A stretch of 64,000 bases of DNA, from assembly GCA_037441385.1 (NCBI GenBank), contig JBBISH010000017.1:8267-72266 (forward strand). Reading direction: 5' to 3'. Below, piece by piece: positions 1-9,908 of the stretch. The notes under the pieces were generated by a model, which did not search any database, was not told the DNA's origin, and saw only the letters and a program-made list of their open reading frames with translations. Each line of letters starts with the position of its first letter. The first letter of the stretch is position 1. The DNA is from Myxococcales bacterium (GTDB lineage Bacteria; Myxococcota_A; UBA9042). Both the position numbers and the translations under genes were made by a program.

Positions 1-923
1 TGGGCCGCCGGGGCGGCCTGGTCCCAGATCTCGGTGGCGATCGCCCGATCGCGCATGGGTTGGCTACTTTCGCCGCCCTGCCACTGCTCGCGCTGGCCAA
101 AATGCGGCCGCATGCGCACCAGCAGTCCGGCCTCGTCAGCCTGGCCGCGGCACATCTCGCCCTGCGGTCCGTACAGCACCACATCCCGCTGAATCCACTC
201 CGATCCGCGCGGCAGCGGCAACGAGCGCCAGGCGGCAGCAACGGCGTCGCGGCTCAGCAGCTGTGGTGGTGCAGTCGGCGTGGCCGGCTCGGGCGGACCG
301 ATCACCAGCCACGCGCCCGACTCCGTCGTAAAAGCCAAGGCCAGCTCGGTCGATTTGGGCGGCGTGCCGATGTCCGCCCCGGCCTGCAGCGTCGACGCCA
401 GCATTTCTTCACGGGCGATGCGCAGTTTGTCGCCCTCGCGCACCAGCAGCAGCCGCTTGGGACCCTCGTCCGCAAAGGTACCTGTGGCGAATTTCTGGAC
501 AAAATCCACCTGTGTCAGCTGCGCGTTCAGCCGCGCCACCGCCGGGCCGATCGACACCTGCATGATCTTGGCAAACATCACCTTGCGGTCGGCCATCCAG
601 TGGGCGCGATCCAGGCGTTTGACCACCGCACCCGTACGGCGCACCCCGGTCATGCGCGCGGCATAGAGCGACTGGTAGTCGGCGAATCGCCCTTGGTTTT
701 GCGTAGCCAGCCATTCGCCCAGCAACGCGTCCACCTCGGCCTGCGTTGGCGTGGACGGGCCCGGCGGGTCCACGGCGATCGGGGCATTGGCGTCCGCGGC
801 AGCGGCCGGCGCGGCGGGCTGGGGCGTCGGCTGCGGTGCCGGCGTCGGCGCCGGGGTCTTGCCACAGCCGGCCAGCACGGCGGCCAAGGCCAACGTCGCC
901 ATCACTTGGGGGAGCACGCGCAT
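1..923 (-). CDS. Putative lipoprotein with Pro/Ala linker and a probable NTF2/SnoaL-like domain; 3' end runs off the window
   Basis: Read by hand (absent from ORF track because there is no stop in the window): ATG at 923, MRVLPQVMATLALAAVLAGCGK (lipobox LAGC), PAPTPAPQ linker, then EVDALLGEWLATQNQGRFADYQSLYA...VDFVQKFATGTFADEGPKRLLLVREGDKLRIAREE. Domain call is a pattern impression. Confidence 0.7.
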   Translation of the reverse strand, partial: MRVLPQVMATLALAAVLAGCGKTPAPTPAPQPTPQPAAPAAAADANAPIAVDPPGPSTPTQAEVDALLGEWLATQNQGRFADYQSLYAARMTGVRRTGAVVKRLDRAHWMADRKVMFAKIMQVSIGPAVARLNAQLTQVDFVQKFATGTFADEGPKRLLLVREGDKLRIAREEMLASTLQAGADIGTPPKSTELALAFTTESGAWLVIGPPEPATPTAPPQLLSRDAVAAAWRSLPLPRGSEWIQRDVVLYGPQGEMCRGQADEAGLLVRMRPHFGQREQWQGGESSQPMRDRAIATEIWDQAAPAA

Positions 924-1122
924 CACAGCCTCGCCGGGGTGGACCGACCGCAATGTGCCACAAGCGCTGGATGGTCACCAGCCGACGCCTTGGGGTGGCG
1001 GTCCCGTCGTGGCGGCAGGACCCTGCCGGTGTCGCCGTGTTGAGGCGGGGCGGTTCCTTTTCCGCGCGGCCCCGTGAATAATCGGCGTTGGTGCGCGTTG
1101 CCCTTGTTGGGAGTCTGGGTCT

Positions 1123-1719
1123 GTGGTCGACGAGCGCGAACAGCAATTGGTGACCGCAGCCCTTGACGGCGATAGGGCGGCGTTTGGCGAGTTGGTCGAC
1201 TTGCTGAAACGCCCGCTTTTCAACTTGTGCATGGCGCACTTGCGCAACGAAGCCGAGGCCATGGATCTGGTGCAGGATACCTTCCTCAAGGCCTACACGC
1301 GCATGGACCTGTTCCGCCGCGACTCCAACTTTCGCGCGTGGATCTACCGCATCGCTGCCAATGGCTGCATCGACCGGATCCGTCGCCGCCGCACGCGCGC
1401 TGCAGACGAACTGGACGATCGCACCAGCGCCGAGAACCTGGACGAAGGCGATCTGCCCGCTGTGGCCACCTACGGCCGCGCCAGCCCGCTGCAAGAATAC
1501 AGCCGCGCCCAGCTGGGCGAACGCCTTGAGAAAGCCCTGGCGACCCTGCCCGACAGCCACCGTCAATGCGTGATCCTGTGTGACGTCCACGGCTACTCGT
1601 ACCAAGAGATCGCCGACGAGCTGGGCATTCCCAAGGGCACGGTCATGAGCCGGCTGTTCTACGCGCGCAAGCGGCTACAGGTCGAGCTGGCCGACTATCG
1701 AATGGAGGTGAGTTCATGA
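1123..1719 (+). CDS. ECF-type sigma-70 RNA polymerase sigma factor
   Basis: Region 2 (GDRAAFGELV, EAMDLVQDTFLKAY, FRAWIYRIAANGCIDRIRRR) and region 4 (LPDSHRQCVILCDVHGYSYQEIADELGIPKGTVMSRLFYARKRL). Confidence 0.95.
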   Translation: MVDEREQQLVTAALDGDRAAFGELVDLLKRPLFNLCMAHLRNEAEAMDLVQDTFLKAYTRMDLFRRDSNFRAWIYRIAANGCIDRIRRRRTRAADELDDRTSAENLDEGDLPAVATYGRASPLQEYSRAQLGERLEKALATLPDSHRQCVILCDVHGYSYQEIADELGIPKGTVMSRLFYARKRLQVELADYRMEVSS

Positions 1720-2330
1720 ACGAACACGCCGAAACTTTTGCTGATTCTGGACTGGACGAGCGCCAGTTCGAACTGCTGGTGTTGCTGGCCGACGGTGAGT
1801 TGGCCGCGGGCTCGCCCGATCTCGCTGCGGCGCAAGCCCTGCTGGCCCAGCACGCCGAGGCCAAGCAACTCTATGCTAACTTGACGTATTCGCGCGAGAC
1901 CCTTCGCGAATCGGTGCTAGGCGAAGCGGCGGCCGCGGCGCTGAAGGTCGATCTGTCGATGCTGCGCGGGCGAGTGATGACCAAGCTGCCTGCCGAGCCG
2001 CGACCCGCGCCAAAGCCCGAAGCGGCTGCGCCCGGTTGGATGGACTGGCTGCGGGCGTTTGGCTTTGGGCGTGCGAGCTTGGCTGTGGCCGCTCTGGCTG
2101 TCGTGGTGGTTTGGTGGGCTGGATCGCAAACTGCGACGGCGGTCAAGCTTTCGCCCGAACCGGCGGCGATGGCCCGCGAGGACGCCACGATGCCACCCGG
2201 TCACGAGGAAGAGCCGGCTGTGATCATTGAGGAAATGGACGTCGAGGATGGCTCGATTGCCGTCAATCCCGGTGACAAGCCCGGCGCCACCACGGTGATC
2301 TGGCACTTTAGTGGCAAGGGGGAAGGATGA
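1716..2330 (+). CDS. Putative membrane-anchored anti-sigma factor
   Basis: ATGA overlap with the sigma gene; N-terminal LLADGEL segment typical of anti-sigma domains; one TM helix (LAVAALAVVVVWW). Confidence 0.65.
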   Translation: MNEHAETFADSGLDERQFELLVLLADGELAAGSPDLAAAQALLAQHAEAKQLYANLTYSRETLRESVLGEAAAAALKVDLSMLRGRVMTKLPAEPRPAPKPEAAAPGWMDWLRAFGFGRASLAVAALAVVVVWWAGSQTATAVKLSPEPAAMAREDATMPPGHEEEPAVIIEEMDVEDGSIAVNPGDKPGATTVIWHFSGKGEG

Positions 2331-2806
2331 TGCGCGACGTGAGCATGCCGGTGTCGCGGCGGCGGTTTGCTGCGCAGGTCGTCGCCGCGTGCGGGGTGGC
2401 GTGGCTGGCGGCGCCGGCCGTGGCCCAGTCGCCGGCCGACCAAGCCAGCTTCGAGGTTCGCATCATCGAAGGTCAGCGCGCGGCGGCCCCCAAGAACGAC
2501 CCGCGGCTTGCGGACTTGCAGCGCGAACTGTCGGCCCTGCAGCAGGGCTACAACGCCTTTTCGCTGCTGAGCGCCCAAACGCTGCGTCTGACGGCGAACC
2601 AACGCGCCGCCGTGAAGCTGCCCGACGGCGCGGAGCTGGGCATCCAATTGCTGGCGGTGGTGGCCGGGCCCCCGGTGCGGGTGCGCCACGTGTTCGAGTT
2701 GCCCAAGTCCAAGACGATTCGCGCGGTTGCCCCTGGCGGCCGCACCTTGGACGTGCGCAACGGCGCCGACCGGCTGATCATCATCTGCACGACGGTACTG
2801 AGGTAG
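2327..2806 (+). CDS. Secreted hypothetical protein, third gene of the ECF operon
   Basis: ATGA overlap; signal peptide ending APAVAQ (SRRRF, possibly Tat-like); GC3-biased codons. Confidence 0.7.
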   Translation: MMRDVSMPVSRRRFAAQVVAACGVAWLAAPAVAQSPADQASFEVRIIEGQRAAAPKNDPRLADLQRELSALQQGYNAFSLLSAQTLRLTANQRAAVKLPDGAELGIQLLAVVAGPPVRVRHVFELPKSKTIRAVAPGGRTLDVRNGADRLIIICTTVLR

Positions 2807-2893
2807 GCCGGTGACGGCCCGTCCCTGCACGCGAACCTGACCTTTTGGCGCTGGAATTGCCGTTCGCGCGTACTGGTGCTATACCAGTTCAGT

Positions 2894-3004
2894 CTGATTC
2901 GCGCGCGGACGATCCGTGTGAACCGTTCCGCAACTGGCGAGAATCAGACGGGGACCCCGCGTTGGGCCCGGAGAATCGCAGTGGGTCTCGATCCGATCTC
3001 GACG
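2894..3004. repeat. Dispersed palindromic repeat, copy A (intergenic)
   Basis: Ungapped hand alignment to 32273-32383 gives 78/111 identities, with core CCGTTCYGCAACTGGCGAGAATCAG; internal inverted repeat CTGATTCGCGC...GCGAGAATCAG. Confidence 0.8.
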
Positions 3005-3130
3005 AAATCCGTATTTGATTCGCAATTCCCGCCGGTTCGGGGTGCGACCGGCCTGGGTATGGGTTGGCTTGCTCCGCGCAAAGCCGGTACGTCTGGGCTG
3101 ACCGGGGCCGCGCATTTGCGCCGTGGCCAC

Positions 3131-4258
3131 ATGCTCGCGCGGATCCTCGTTTGGGCCTGCCTGCTGCTGGCAGGGCCGGTCTGGGCCGCCGACGAGGCTC
3201 CGCCCCCGCCGCCGCCCGTGGCCGAGACCCCGGCCTCGCCGCAGGCTGCCCAAGCGGATGCGCTGAGCGAGCAAGCCAAAGAGCTGTACAAGCAGCAGAG
3301 ATATGCCGAGGCTTTTGGCATGTTTCAGCGCGCGCACGCCCTGGATGCCCGGGCCGCGTTCTTGTACAACATGGCCAAGTGCAAAGAGAAGCTTGCCGAG
3401 TATGCCGAGGCCGTCAAGCTACTGGAGGCCTACCTGGTGCTGTACCGCCAGCAAAACAGCGGCGCTCAGCCGGCCAACTCTGCCGACGTAGAGGCCCTGA
3501 TCCGCGAGCTGAAGCGGCGTGCCTTTGAGGCGTTGCCCGAAGTCTCGGTACAGTCTACGCCGCCGGGCGCGCTGGTCAGCGAAGAGGGCGCGGCCTTGGG
3601 GTCGACGCCGCTGGTCACGCACCTGCAGCCCGGGCGCCACAAGCTGTTGCTAAAGCTAGACAAACACGCCGACTTGGAGACCGAGTTGCTGGTGCCGCAG
3701 GCGGGTAAGGTCGCCGTGGTGCTGGCCATGAAGTCGCTGGTCAAGCGCGCGCAGATCGGCTTTTGGTGCAACGTGCGCGGTGCTCAGGTGATTTTGGACG
3801 GCAAGGTGGTGGCGGTGACCCCGTTTGCCGGCAACTTGGACGTGGAGCCCGGTCGACATCAGGTGGCCATCAACCGTGTGAATTACAAGCCCTTTGAGTC
3901 CGAGGTGACCGTGCCCGAGGAACGGGCGGCGCGGGTCCACGTGGTGCTCGAGCGCAACGAGAAGGCCTCGTCGTGGCGGGCGCCGCTGGGCTGGCCGTTG
4001 CTAATCGTGGGTGCGTTGGGCATCGGCGGCGGCGTCGCTGCGTCCAAGTTCGCGGATACGGAATGGCGGGGCACGCCGGCATTCAACGATTATGAACGGC
4101 TGCAGAATGTCGGCTACTACGCTGGCGGCTCGCTGGCTGGCATCGGCTTGGCCCTGCTGGTGTGGGACGCGGTGCGCGACGCCATTCCCGCCGACGAACG
4201 CGTGGATGGCCCGAGCTACGAGGCCGGTGTGGACCTGCAACCGCTAGGAAAGAACTGA
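3131..4258 (+). CDS. TPR + PEGA domain protein with C-terminal TM hairpin
   Basis: Signal peptide MLARILVWACLLLAGPVWA; TPR (AKELYKQQRYAEA...FLYNMAKCKEKLAEYAEA); PEGA repeats (VQSTPPGALV..LGSTPL..LQPGRHKL; NVRGAQVILDGK..VEPGRHQV). Start set at ATG 3131. Confidence 0.85.
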   Translation: MLARILVWACLLLAGPVWAADEAPPPPPPVAETPASPQAAQADALSEQAKELYKQQRYAEAFGMFQRAHALDARAAFLYNMAKCKEKLAEYAEAVKLLEAYLVLYRQQNSGAQPANSADVEALIRELKRRAFEALPEVSVQSTPPGALVSEEGAALGSTPLVTHLQPGRHKLLLKLDKHADLETELLVPQAGKVAVVLAMKSLVKRAQIGFWCNVRGAQVILDGKVVAVTPFAGNLDVEPGRHQVAINRVNYKPFESEVTVPEERAARVHVVLERNEKASSWRAPLGWPLLIVGALGIGGGVAASKFADTEWRGTPAFNDYERLQNVGYYAGGSLAGIGLALLVWDAVRDAIPADERVDGPSYEAGVDLQPLGKN

Positions 4259-5394
4259 TGATTTTGCCGTTTTCGCCAAGCGTTGCCGCGGGTATTCCGG
4301 GCTGGGCTGTGCGGCTTCGCTCGCTGTTGCTGCTCGCGACCGGCGCGGCTTCGGCGGCGGCGTGCGCCGTGGGCAAAGAGCCACCAGCTGTCACGCCGAT
4401 GGTCGAATTCCGCAACGTGGCGCCATTCGTCTTTGGCATGGGCGAGTTGGGCTGCAACATGCCCCAGGACGCCAAGGCTTGCGAGGCCGCCGGCACCAAA
4501 CTGCCCGACAGCACGCCACCTATGCTCGTCAAAATCAAGGACTTTGCCCTGGACGAGCACGAAGTGACCAACGAGCAGTACCGCTTCTGTGTGGCGATGG
4601 GCGCCTGCTCGCTGCCGGCTGGCGACAACGGGCCTCCGGGCATCGTTGACCTGTACTATCCCAACGACAAGTACAAGGATTATCCGGTGATTCTGGTGCG
4701 CTGGCGCCAAGCGGTCGAATACTGCGCCTCGGTGGGCAAGCGCCTGCCGACCGAGTTCGAGTGGGAGCGCGCCGCGGGCGGTGCGGCACCGACTCCCCAG
4801 CAAAAGCGCGTGTATCCATGGTCTTCCAAGCTGGGCTACGAGCCGCCGATGCAGGCCTGCCCCAACTTGGACGTCAACATCCGCCGCTGCAATGCCGGCA
4901 ACAACTCAACCCGTGCGGTCAAGTCCAGCGCCGACGACGTGGTCAACGACAGCGCCGGCAAGCTGTACGACATGGCCGGCAACGTCGCCGAGTTCACCGC
5001 CAGCGACTACGTGGCCAACTTGGGCTGCGACGCCAGCCAGCCGTATACGTGCGCCCAGTGCTTGACCTGCATCGACAGCCAGGGCCTGGCGGCCTGCAAG
5101 ACCGAGTGCCAGGCCTGCACCTGCGGCGATGGCTCGGCAGCCACCAAGCCGAACTGCTACCTGCCGTGCCAGCGGCCCGTGTGCCCCCGTTTCGACGCCG
5201 GCGATCCCGCGTTCGATGGCAGCTACACCGGCAAAAATGTCGAGAGCAAGCGCATGGTTCGCGGTGGTTCGTACTATGGCGACAGCGAGGCCTGGCAGCA
5301 GTGCGACGGCCGCTCGGACAACCGCCGCCTTTCGCAAAAGCCCGACGACCAGCCGCAAACCTGGGTCGGCTTCCGCTGCGCCAAGTCCCTGTAG
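4258..5394 (+). CDS. FGE-sulfatase (SUMF1/EgtB/PvdO-like) domain protein, probably a lipoprotein, with a Cys-rich insert
   Basis: F-GMG, FALDEHEVTNEQYRFCV, YPV..VRWRQAVEYC...GKRLPTEFEWERAA, LYDMAGNVAEF, RMVRGGSY, VGFRCA; TGATG coupling with the upstream gene. Confidence 0.9.
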   Translation: MILPFSPSVAAGIPGWAVRLRSLLLLATGAASAAACAVGKEPPAVTPMVEFRNVAPFVFGMGELGCNMPQDAKACEAAGTKLPDSTPPMLVKIKDFALDEHEVTNEQYRFCVAMGACSLPAGDNGPPGIVDLYYPNDKYKDYPVILVRWRQAVEYCASVGKRLPTEFEWERAAGGAAPTPQQKRVYPWSSKLGYEPPMQACPNLDVNIRRCNAGNNSTRAVKSSADDVVNDSAGKLYDMAGNVAEFTASDYVANLGCDASQPYTCAQCLTCIDSQGLAACKTECQACTCGDGSAATKPNCYLPCQRPVCPRFDAGDPAFDGSYTGKNVESKRMVRGGSYYGDSEAWQQCDGRSDNRRLSQKPDDQPQTWVGFRCAKSL

Positions 5395-5405
5395 CGCGGC
5401 CGCGG

Positions 5406-7262
5406 CTACTGCAAGTCGTCCAAAAGATCGTCTTTTTTCTTGGGCTCTGGCTTGGTCTCGGGCTTCGTCTCGGGCTTGGTCTCGACCTTGACCTCGGGCT
5501 TGGTCTCGACCTTGACGGGCACAGCCTTGGGGTCGGCCTTGAGGTCCGGTGCTTTGCCGGCCATGGGTGCCGTGCGCCCGGGCTCGGCCCTGGGCGTCTC
5601 TGGCCTGGCCTCCTGCGCTGGTTTCAGTTCGACCAGGTAGACGTCGCTCTTGGCAAAAAGGACTTCGACTGAAGCAGGTTGCGACCCATCACGCACCAAT
5701 TTCCAGGTGGCCTTGCCGTCGCCGCGCGGGCGTTCGATCGTCGTGTTGGTCGTGCCCAGCAAGCGATCGCCGTCCAGGATCTTGGCGCCCGGCGGGGCGG
5801 AGTTGATGGTCAGGCGGACACTGGTCGGCGACTCTGCCGAAGCCGCCACGGGCACCTGCACCCGCACTTCGCGTTCGACTACCTTTTCGCGTTCCACCAC
5901 GCGGACTTCGGGGTCGTGCGGTCGAATGGCGAACACCGCTGCGGCAGCGATGCCGGCCAGCGCGACCGTGCCGATCGCCACGAGCAGCAAGCGGTTGTGT
6001 TTGACGGGCTCGGCCACGGGCATGGTCAGCTGCGGCGCGCCGCTGTCGACCGCTTGTTGACCCAAGCGCATGGTCCGCGCCGTGGTCTGCGTGTCCGTCG
6101 TGGCGCTGGCGATCCGCACGCCCAAGCTCTCGGCCTCGGCCGCGCTGCCCACCTTGGCGTCAAATGCCGTGGGCAGGTGCGACGCCAACTCTTCGCAGCG
6201 CTTGGCAAAATCCGTGGCGGTCTGCGGTCGGTCCTCGGGCCGCTTTTCGAGCAGCTGCTGGACCAACTCTTCGACTTCGGCCGGCACGACCTGGCCTTCG
6301 CACGCGCCAGCCAGCGGCGGCGGGTCGTCGTTGACGTGGGCGAGCAGCAGCGAAAGCGCTTGATCGCCCTCAAAAGGGGCCTTGCCGGCGATCATCTCGT
6401 ACAAGATTACGCCCAGCGAATACAGGTCCGAGCGCGAGTCGACCGGCTGGGCGCTGCATTGCTCTGGACTCATGTAGCGCGGCGTGCCGAAGATCGAGCC
6501 AGCCTGGGTCAAGGTGCCCTGTTCACTTTTGTGATCGCGCAGTTTGGCCACGCCAAAGTCGAGCACCTTGACGTAGTCGGGGTTGTCGCCAACCTTGACC
6601 AAGAAGATGTTCTCTGGCTTCAGATCGCGGTGGACGATCTCTTTGCCGTGGGCTTCCGCAAGCGACTCTGCTACTTGCGCCATGATCCGCAAGGCCCGCC
6701 GCACCGGCAGCCCCCGCTCTTTGCGCATCAGTTCGTGCAGGGTGTGGCCCTCCAGGAACTCCATGGCGATGTACGGGTTGCCGTCTTGCGTCTGGCCGTA
6801 GTCGAAGATCTGGATGGTGTTGGGGTGGCGCAATCGCGAGACGGCCAGCGCCTCTAGCGTAAACCGCCGCAGCACCGTGTCATTTTGGGTCAGATCGCCC
6901 AGCAACACCTTGACCGCCACGTCGCGGTCCATGCCTTCTTGGCGGGCGCGATACACCGATCCCATGCCGCCCGAGCCGATCTTCTTGAGGACCAGGAAGC
7001 GTCCGCCCACGGTCTGGCCGATCAGCGGATCCTTCTTGGCCTCGCCCTTTTCCAAGTGGGCGCGGATGCGTTCGCCCAGCTCGTCGCGCGTGTCCTGACC
7101 CTCGCGGCGGGTCGCGGCTTCCGACGGCTGCAGCTCGGGCCCCACCGAGATGGTCGGCATGCTCACGACCTGCGCCTCGGTCAGATCGTGCTCGGTCTGA
7201 TCGCCGCCCGCGCCGCGATCGTGTACGGTGACCGGAAGGTTGGGCACGGGCCGGTCGCTCAT
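5406..7262 (-). CDS. Transmembrane Ser/Thr protein kinase with extracellular PEGA-like domain
   Basis: IGSGGMGSVY, VAVKVL, HRDLKPEN, DFGVAK, GTPRYMSPEQ, DLYSLG; TM segment; INSAPPGAKI..LGTT. Confidence 0.95.
   Translation of the reverse strand: MSDRPVPNLPVTVHDRGAGGDQTEHDLTEAQVVSMPTISVGPELQPSEAATRREGQDTRDELGERIRAHLEKGEAKKDPLIGQTVGGRFLVLKKIGSGGMGSVYRARQEGMDRDVAVKVLLGDLTQNDTVLRRFTLEALAVSRLRHPNTIQIFDYGQTQDGNPYIAMEFLEGHTLHELMRKERGLPVRRALRIMAQVAESLAEAHGKEIVHRDLKPENIFLVKVGDNPDYVKVLDFGVAKLRDHKSEQGTLTQAGSIFGTPRYMSPEQCSAQPVDSRSDLYSLGVILYEMIAGKAPFEGDQALSLLLAHVNDDPPPLAGACEGQVVPAEVEELVQQLLEKRPEDRPQTATDFAKRCEELASHLPTAFDAKVGSAAEAESLGVRIASATTDTQTTARTMRLGQQAVDSGAPQLTMPVAEPVKHNRLLLVAIGTVALAGIAAAAVFAIRPHDPEVRVVEREKVVEREVRVQVPVAASAESPTSVRLTINSAPPGAKILDGDRLLGTTNTTIERPRGDGKATWKLVRDGSQPASVEVLFAKSDVYLVELKPAQEARPETPRAEPGRTAPMAGKAPDLKADPKAVPVKVETKPEVKVETKPETKPETKPEPKKKDDLLDDLQ
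5449..5516 (-). repeat. Intragenic 12/24-bp tandem repeats encoding VKVETKPE/TKPE
   Basis: GGCTTGGTCTCG(ACCTTGACCTCG) units are visible in the kinase 3' end. Confidence 0.8.
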
Positions 7263-7897
7263 TGAAGCTCCGGGACGGCAAGGGCGTCCTGCAAACGTTC
7301 ACGTATAGCACAGGCAACTACGTCGCGCGCGGGTTGGCCGTCAATCGCAACGACTTTGCCCAGTTGAGCGGGCGGCCGCTCGGCCAGTTCGGCGTAGCGC
7401 GCCCGCACGCGCTCCAGGGTCGCCGCCACTTCGAACCGCTCTACGGGTTTGCCGCGCGCGGCGATGCGCTCGAGCGCCACGGGCACAGGCACGTCGATCC
7501 ACAAAGTCAGGTCTGCCGTCAGCGCCTTGGCGTTGATCGCGAGCAACCAGTCTGGATCAATGCCGCCGGCACCGTCGACCACCTGGAACGCCAGCGAGCT
7601 GCCTAGATGGCGATCGCACACGACCCAGGCCCCACGGCCCAGAGCGGGCGCGATCACCCGCTCGCACAGATCCACGCGGTCGGCCGCAAACAGCAGCGCC
7701 ACCGTTGCAGCGTCGATCGCGCCCAGTTCGTGGCGCAAGATGCGGCGAATCAATTGCCCGACTTCCAGGTGCGACGGCTGGGCCAAGCGCAGCACTTCAA
7801 GGCCGCGGCTGCGCAGCCAGTCGGTCAGTTGGTCGCCCTGGGTGCTGGTACCGGCGCCGTCCGTACCTTCGATGGCCAAAAAGCGACCAGGAATCAT
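7259..7897 (-). CDS. tmk: Thymidylate kinase
   Basis: FLAIEGTDGAGTSTQ P-loop (variant), LLFAADR, WVVCDRH..SSLAFQ, DLTLWIDVP, ERFE. Confidence 0.9.
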   Translation of the reverse strand: MIPGRFLAIEGTDGAGTSTQGDQLTDWLRSRGLEVLRLAQPSHLEVGQLIRRILRHELGAIDAATVALLFAADRVDLCERVIAPALGRGAWVVCDRHLGSSLAFQVVDGAGGIDPDWLLAINAKALTADLTLWIDVPVPVALERIAARGKPVERFEVAATLERVRARYAELAERPPAQLGKVVAIDGQPARDVVACAIRERLQDALAVPELQ

Positions 7898-8694
7898 TCA
7901 AGACCGCCACTTGGGGTGATGTCGCACGGCATCCAGACCTCGCGCGTGCCCGCCGGGCACTGCACGGCAAAGATTTGCGGATGGATGGGCTGGTTGACCT
8001 GCATATCGCGGTATTCGATGGTGATGTCGCTATCGGGCTGCGAGACCTTGACGCGCACGCTGGCGGGCAAGGTTCCCGGTTGCCGATCGCCGCTGTACTG
8101 AACGGAGCCGGCGCGATCGGTGCCCGAGTACCAGACGGCGCCGACCGGCATGAAGGTCTTGGGGTCGATGAACAGCTCTTGGCGCCAGCCGCTGGGCGGA
8201 CCCAAGTCCAGGCGGTACAGGCGTCGCTCGCCATCCCAGGCCAGGCGCTGCTGCTCGGGCGGCGCCGGCAGCGGCCGCAAGTCGCCCAGCAGCGCGGCTA
8301 CCATCTCGTCTGCACTCATGGGGAGCGGCAAAAACCGGCGGGTATTGGCCCGGCAGGCCACCCCCACCTGGCAAGTGCTGGCGCCGCGCTCGAACGAGAT
8401 GAAGCGGCGGCCATCGCTGGACAGCAGACCCAGCAAATCCAAGGTGGGCGCCAGGGCCTGAAACTGAATCTGATCCGGGCGGTTGGCCACCACCAACAAG
8501 GTCACGCTGCGGCGATCGCCCTGCAGGTAGGCGTCCAGGCGAGCCTGGCCCTGGGCAGAGGTCACCGTCGACGCCGGAATCGCCGCCAGCAGCTCGGCCG
8601 CGCTCTTGGGACCCTCTTGGGGCAGCTTGACCGGTGCGCCAGAACAGGCCGCGAGCAGCCAAAGCGAGATCATCAGGCCGAGTTTTCTCGTCAC
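7894..8694 (-). CDS. Lipoprotein, LolB/DUF4292-like fold
   Basis: GTG start overlapping the lysC stop; lipobox LLAAC; beta-rich body ending [21 protein letters not shown]. Confidence 0.6.
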   Translation of the reverse strand: MTRKLGLMISLWLLAACSGAPVKLPQEGPKSAAELLAAIPASTVTSAQGQARLDAYLQGDRRSVTLLVVANRPDQIQFQALAPTLDLLGLLSSDGRRFISFERGASTCQVGVACRANTRRFLPLPMSADEMVAALLGDLRPLPAPPEQQRLAWDGERRLYRLDLGPPSGWRQELFIDPKTFMPVGAVWYSGTDRAGSVQYSGDRQPGTLPASVRVKVSQPDSDITIEYRDMQVNQPIHPQIFAVQCPAGTREVWMPCDITPSGGLE

Positions 8695-9896
8695 GCGATC
8701 ACCTCGCCGGCCACAAAGTGGCGATGCAGCAATCGGACCGCCGTGTCGCCGTGTTCGGGGGCCACCAAGGCGGACAGCGTGAGTCCGTGCGCCAACCAGG
8801 TATCGGTCCACGCGCCAAGCAACTGGCCGAATTGTTGGGACAGACCGGGCTCGCGGCCCACAGCTGGGCCCACGATGCTGACCAACGTGCCGCGCCGCAG
8901 CCCGGCTGGGCCCACCACCGCCGCGATCTGCGCCAGGGCATGATCAAAGGCCGGATCGACCGCGTCGGCCACGTCGCGCGCCAACAGCACCGTGTAGCCC
9001 GGTCCAGCCTGTTCGCTGACCGGCACCAGGCGCAAATGGGCCACGATCGCCTGTACTTGCTGGGCCTGCTCGGGCGGCGCCTGCACCAAGACGGCGTTTG
9101 GGCGTTGGGCCACGCCCACCACCCACGGTCGCAGGCTGGGCGCATCCACGCGCACCACGCTCTCGCCGTCGGCCGTCCCCGTCTTGCGCGCATACAAGGC
9201 GATCCCGTGCAGCCGCGCGTAGGCCACGGCGTCGGCCGCCAACACCTTGGCCCCGGCGCGGGCCAACGCGAGCGTCTCGTCGTGCGAGAGCTGATCCAGC
9301 CGCCGCGCGTCCAGCACCGTTCGGGGATCGGCGCTGTAGATGCCATCGACATCGCTGTAGATTTCGCAGTCCGCGCCCAAGGCCGCCGCCAAGGCCACTG
9401 CCGTGGTGTCCGACCCGCCGCGGCCCAAGGTCGTCACCTCGCGGCGCCACGACGTGCCCTGGAAGCCCGCAACGATCACCACTTGCCCTTGATCCAGCGC
9501 GTCTTGCACGCGGAAGGGCCGAACTTCGACGATGCGCGCCCCGCCTGGCGCGTCGTTGGTCAAGATGCCGCACTGCGAGCCCGTCAGCGAGGTCGCGGCA
9601 AAGCCTTGATCGCGCACGGCCATCGCCACCAGCGCCATGGCGATCCGCTCGCCCGCAGTGAGCAGCATGTCCAATTCGCGGCGATCCGGCGCGGCGCTGA
9701 CCTCGTGCGCCAACTTCATCAGTTGGTCGGTGGTCTTGCCCATGGCCGACACCACCGCGACCACCCGCTTGCCGGCGCGGCGCGTAGCGGCGATCTGCTC
9801 CGCGACTTTGTGGATCTTGGCCACGTCGGCCACCGAGGACCCGCCGTACTTCTGCACCACCGTCGCCGCCACTGCCGCCATCTGGGCCATCTCCAT
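8691..9896 (-). CDS. lysC: Aspartate kinase
   Basis: [64 protein letters not shown]. Confidence 0.92.
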   Translation of the reverse strand: MEMAQMAAVAATVVQKYGGSSVADVAKIHKVAEQIAATRRAGKRVVAVVSAMGKTTDQLMKLAHEVSAAPDRRELDMLLTAGERIAMALVAMAVRDQGFAATSLTGSQCGILTNDAPGGARIVEVRPFRVQDALDQGQVVIVAGFQGTSWRREVTTLGRGGSDTTAVALAAALGADCEIYSDVDGIYSADPRTVLDARRLDQLSHDETLALARAGAKVLAADAVAYARLHGIALYARKTGTADGESVVRVDAPSLRPWVVGVAQRPNAVLVQAPPEQAQQVQAIVAHLRLVPVSEQAGPGYTVLLARDVADAVDPAFDHALAQIAAVVGPAGLRRGTLVSIVGPAVGREPGLSQQFGQLLGAWTDTWLAHGLTLSALVAPEHGDTAVRLLHRHFVAGEVIA

Positions 9897-9908
9897 CGCG
9901 TTGCCTGG

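Noticed and set aside
60..1043. Plus-strand 327-aa ORF and other overlapping ORFs at the window start
   Set aside because: Shadows of the minus-strand lipoprotein gene starting at 923.
5250..5394. FGE C-terminus as a possible DGR variable region
   Set aside because: No template repeat or reverse transcriptase is visible in the window.
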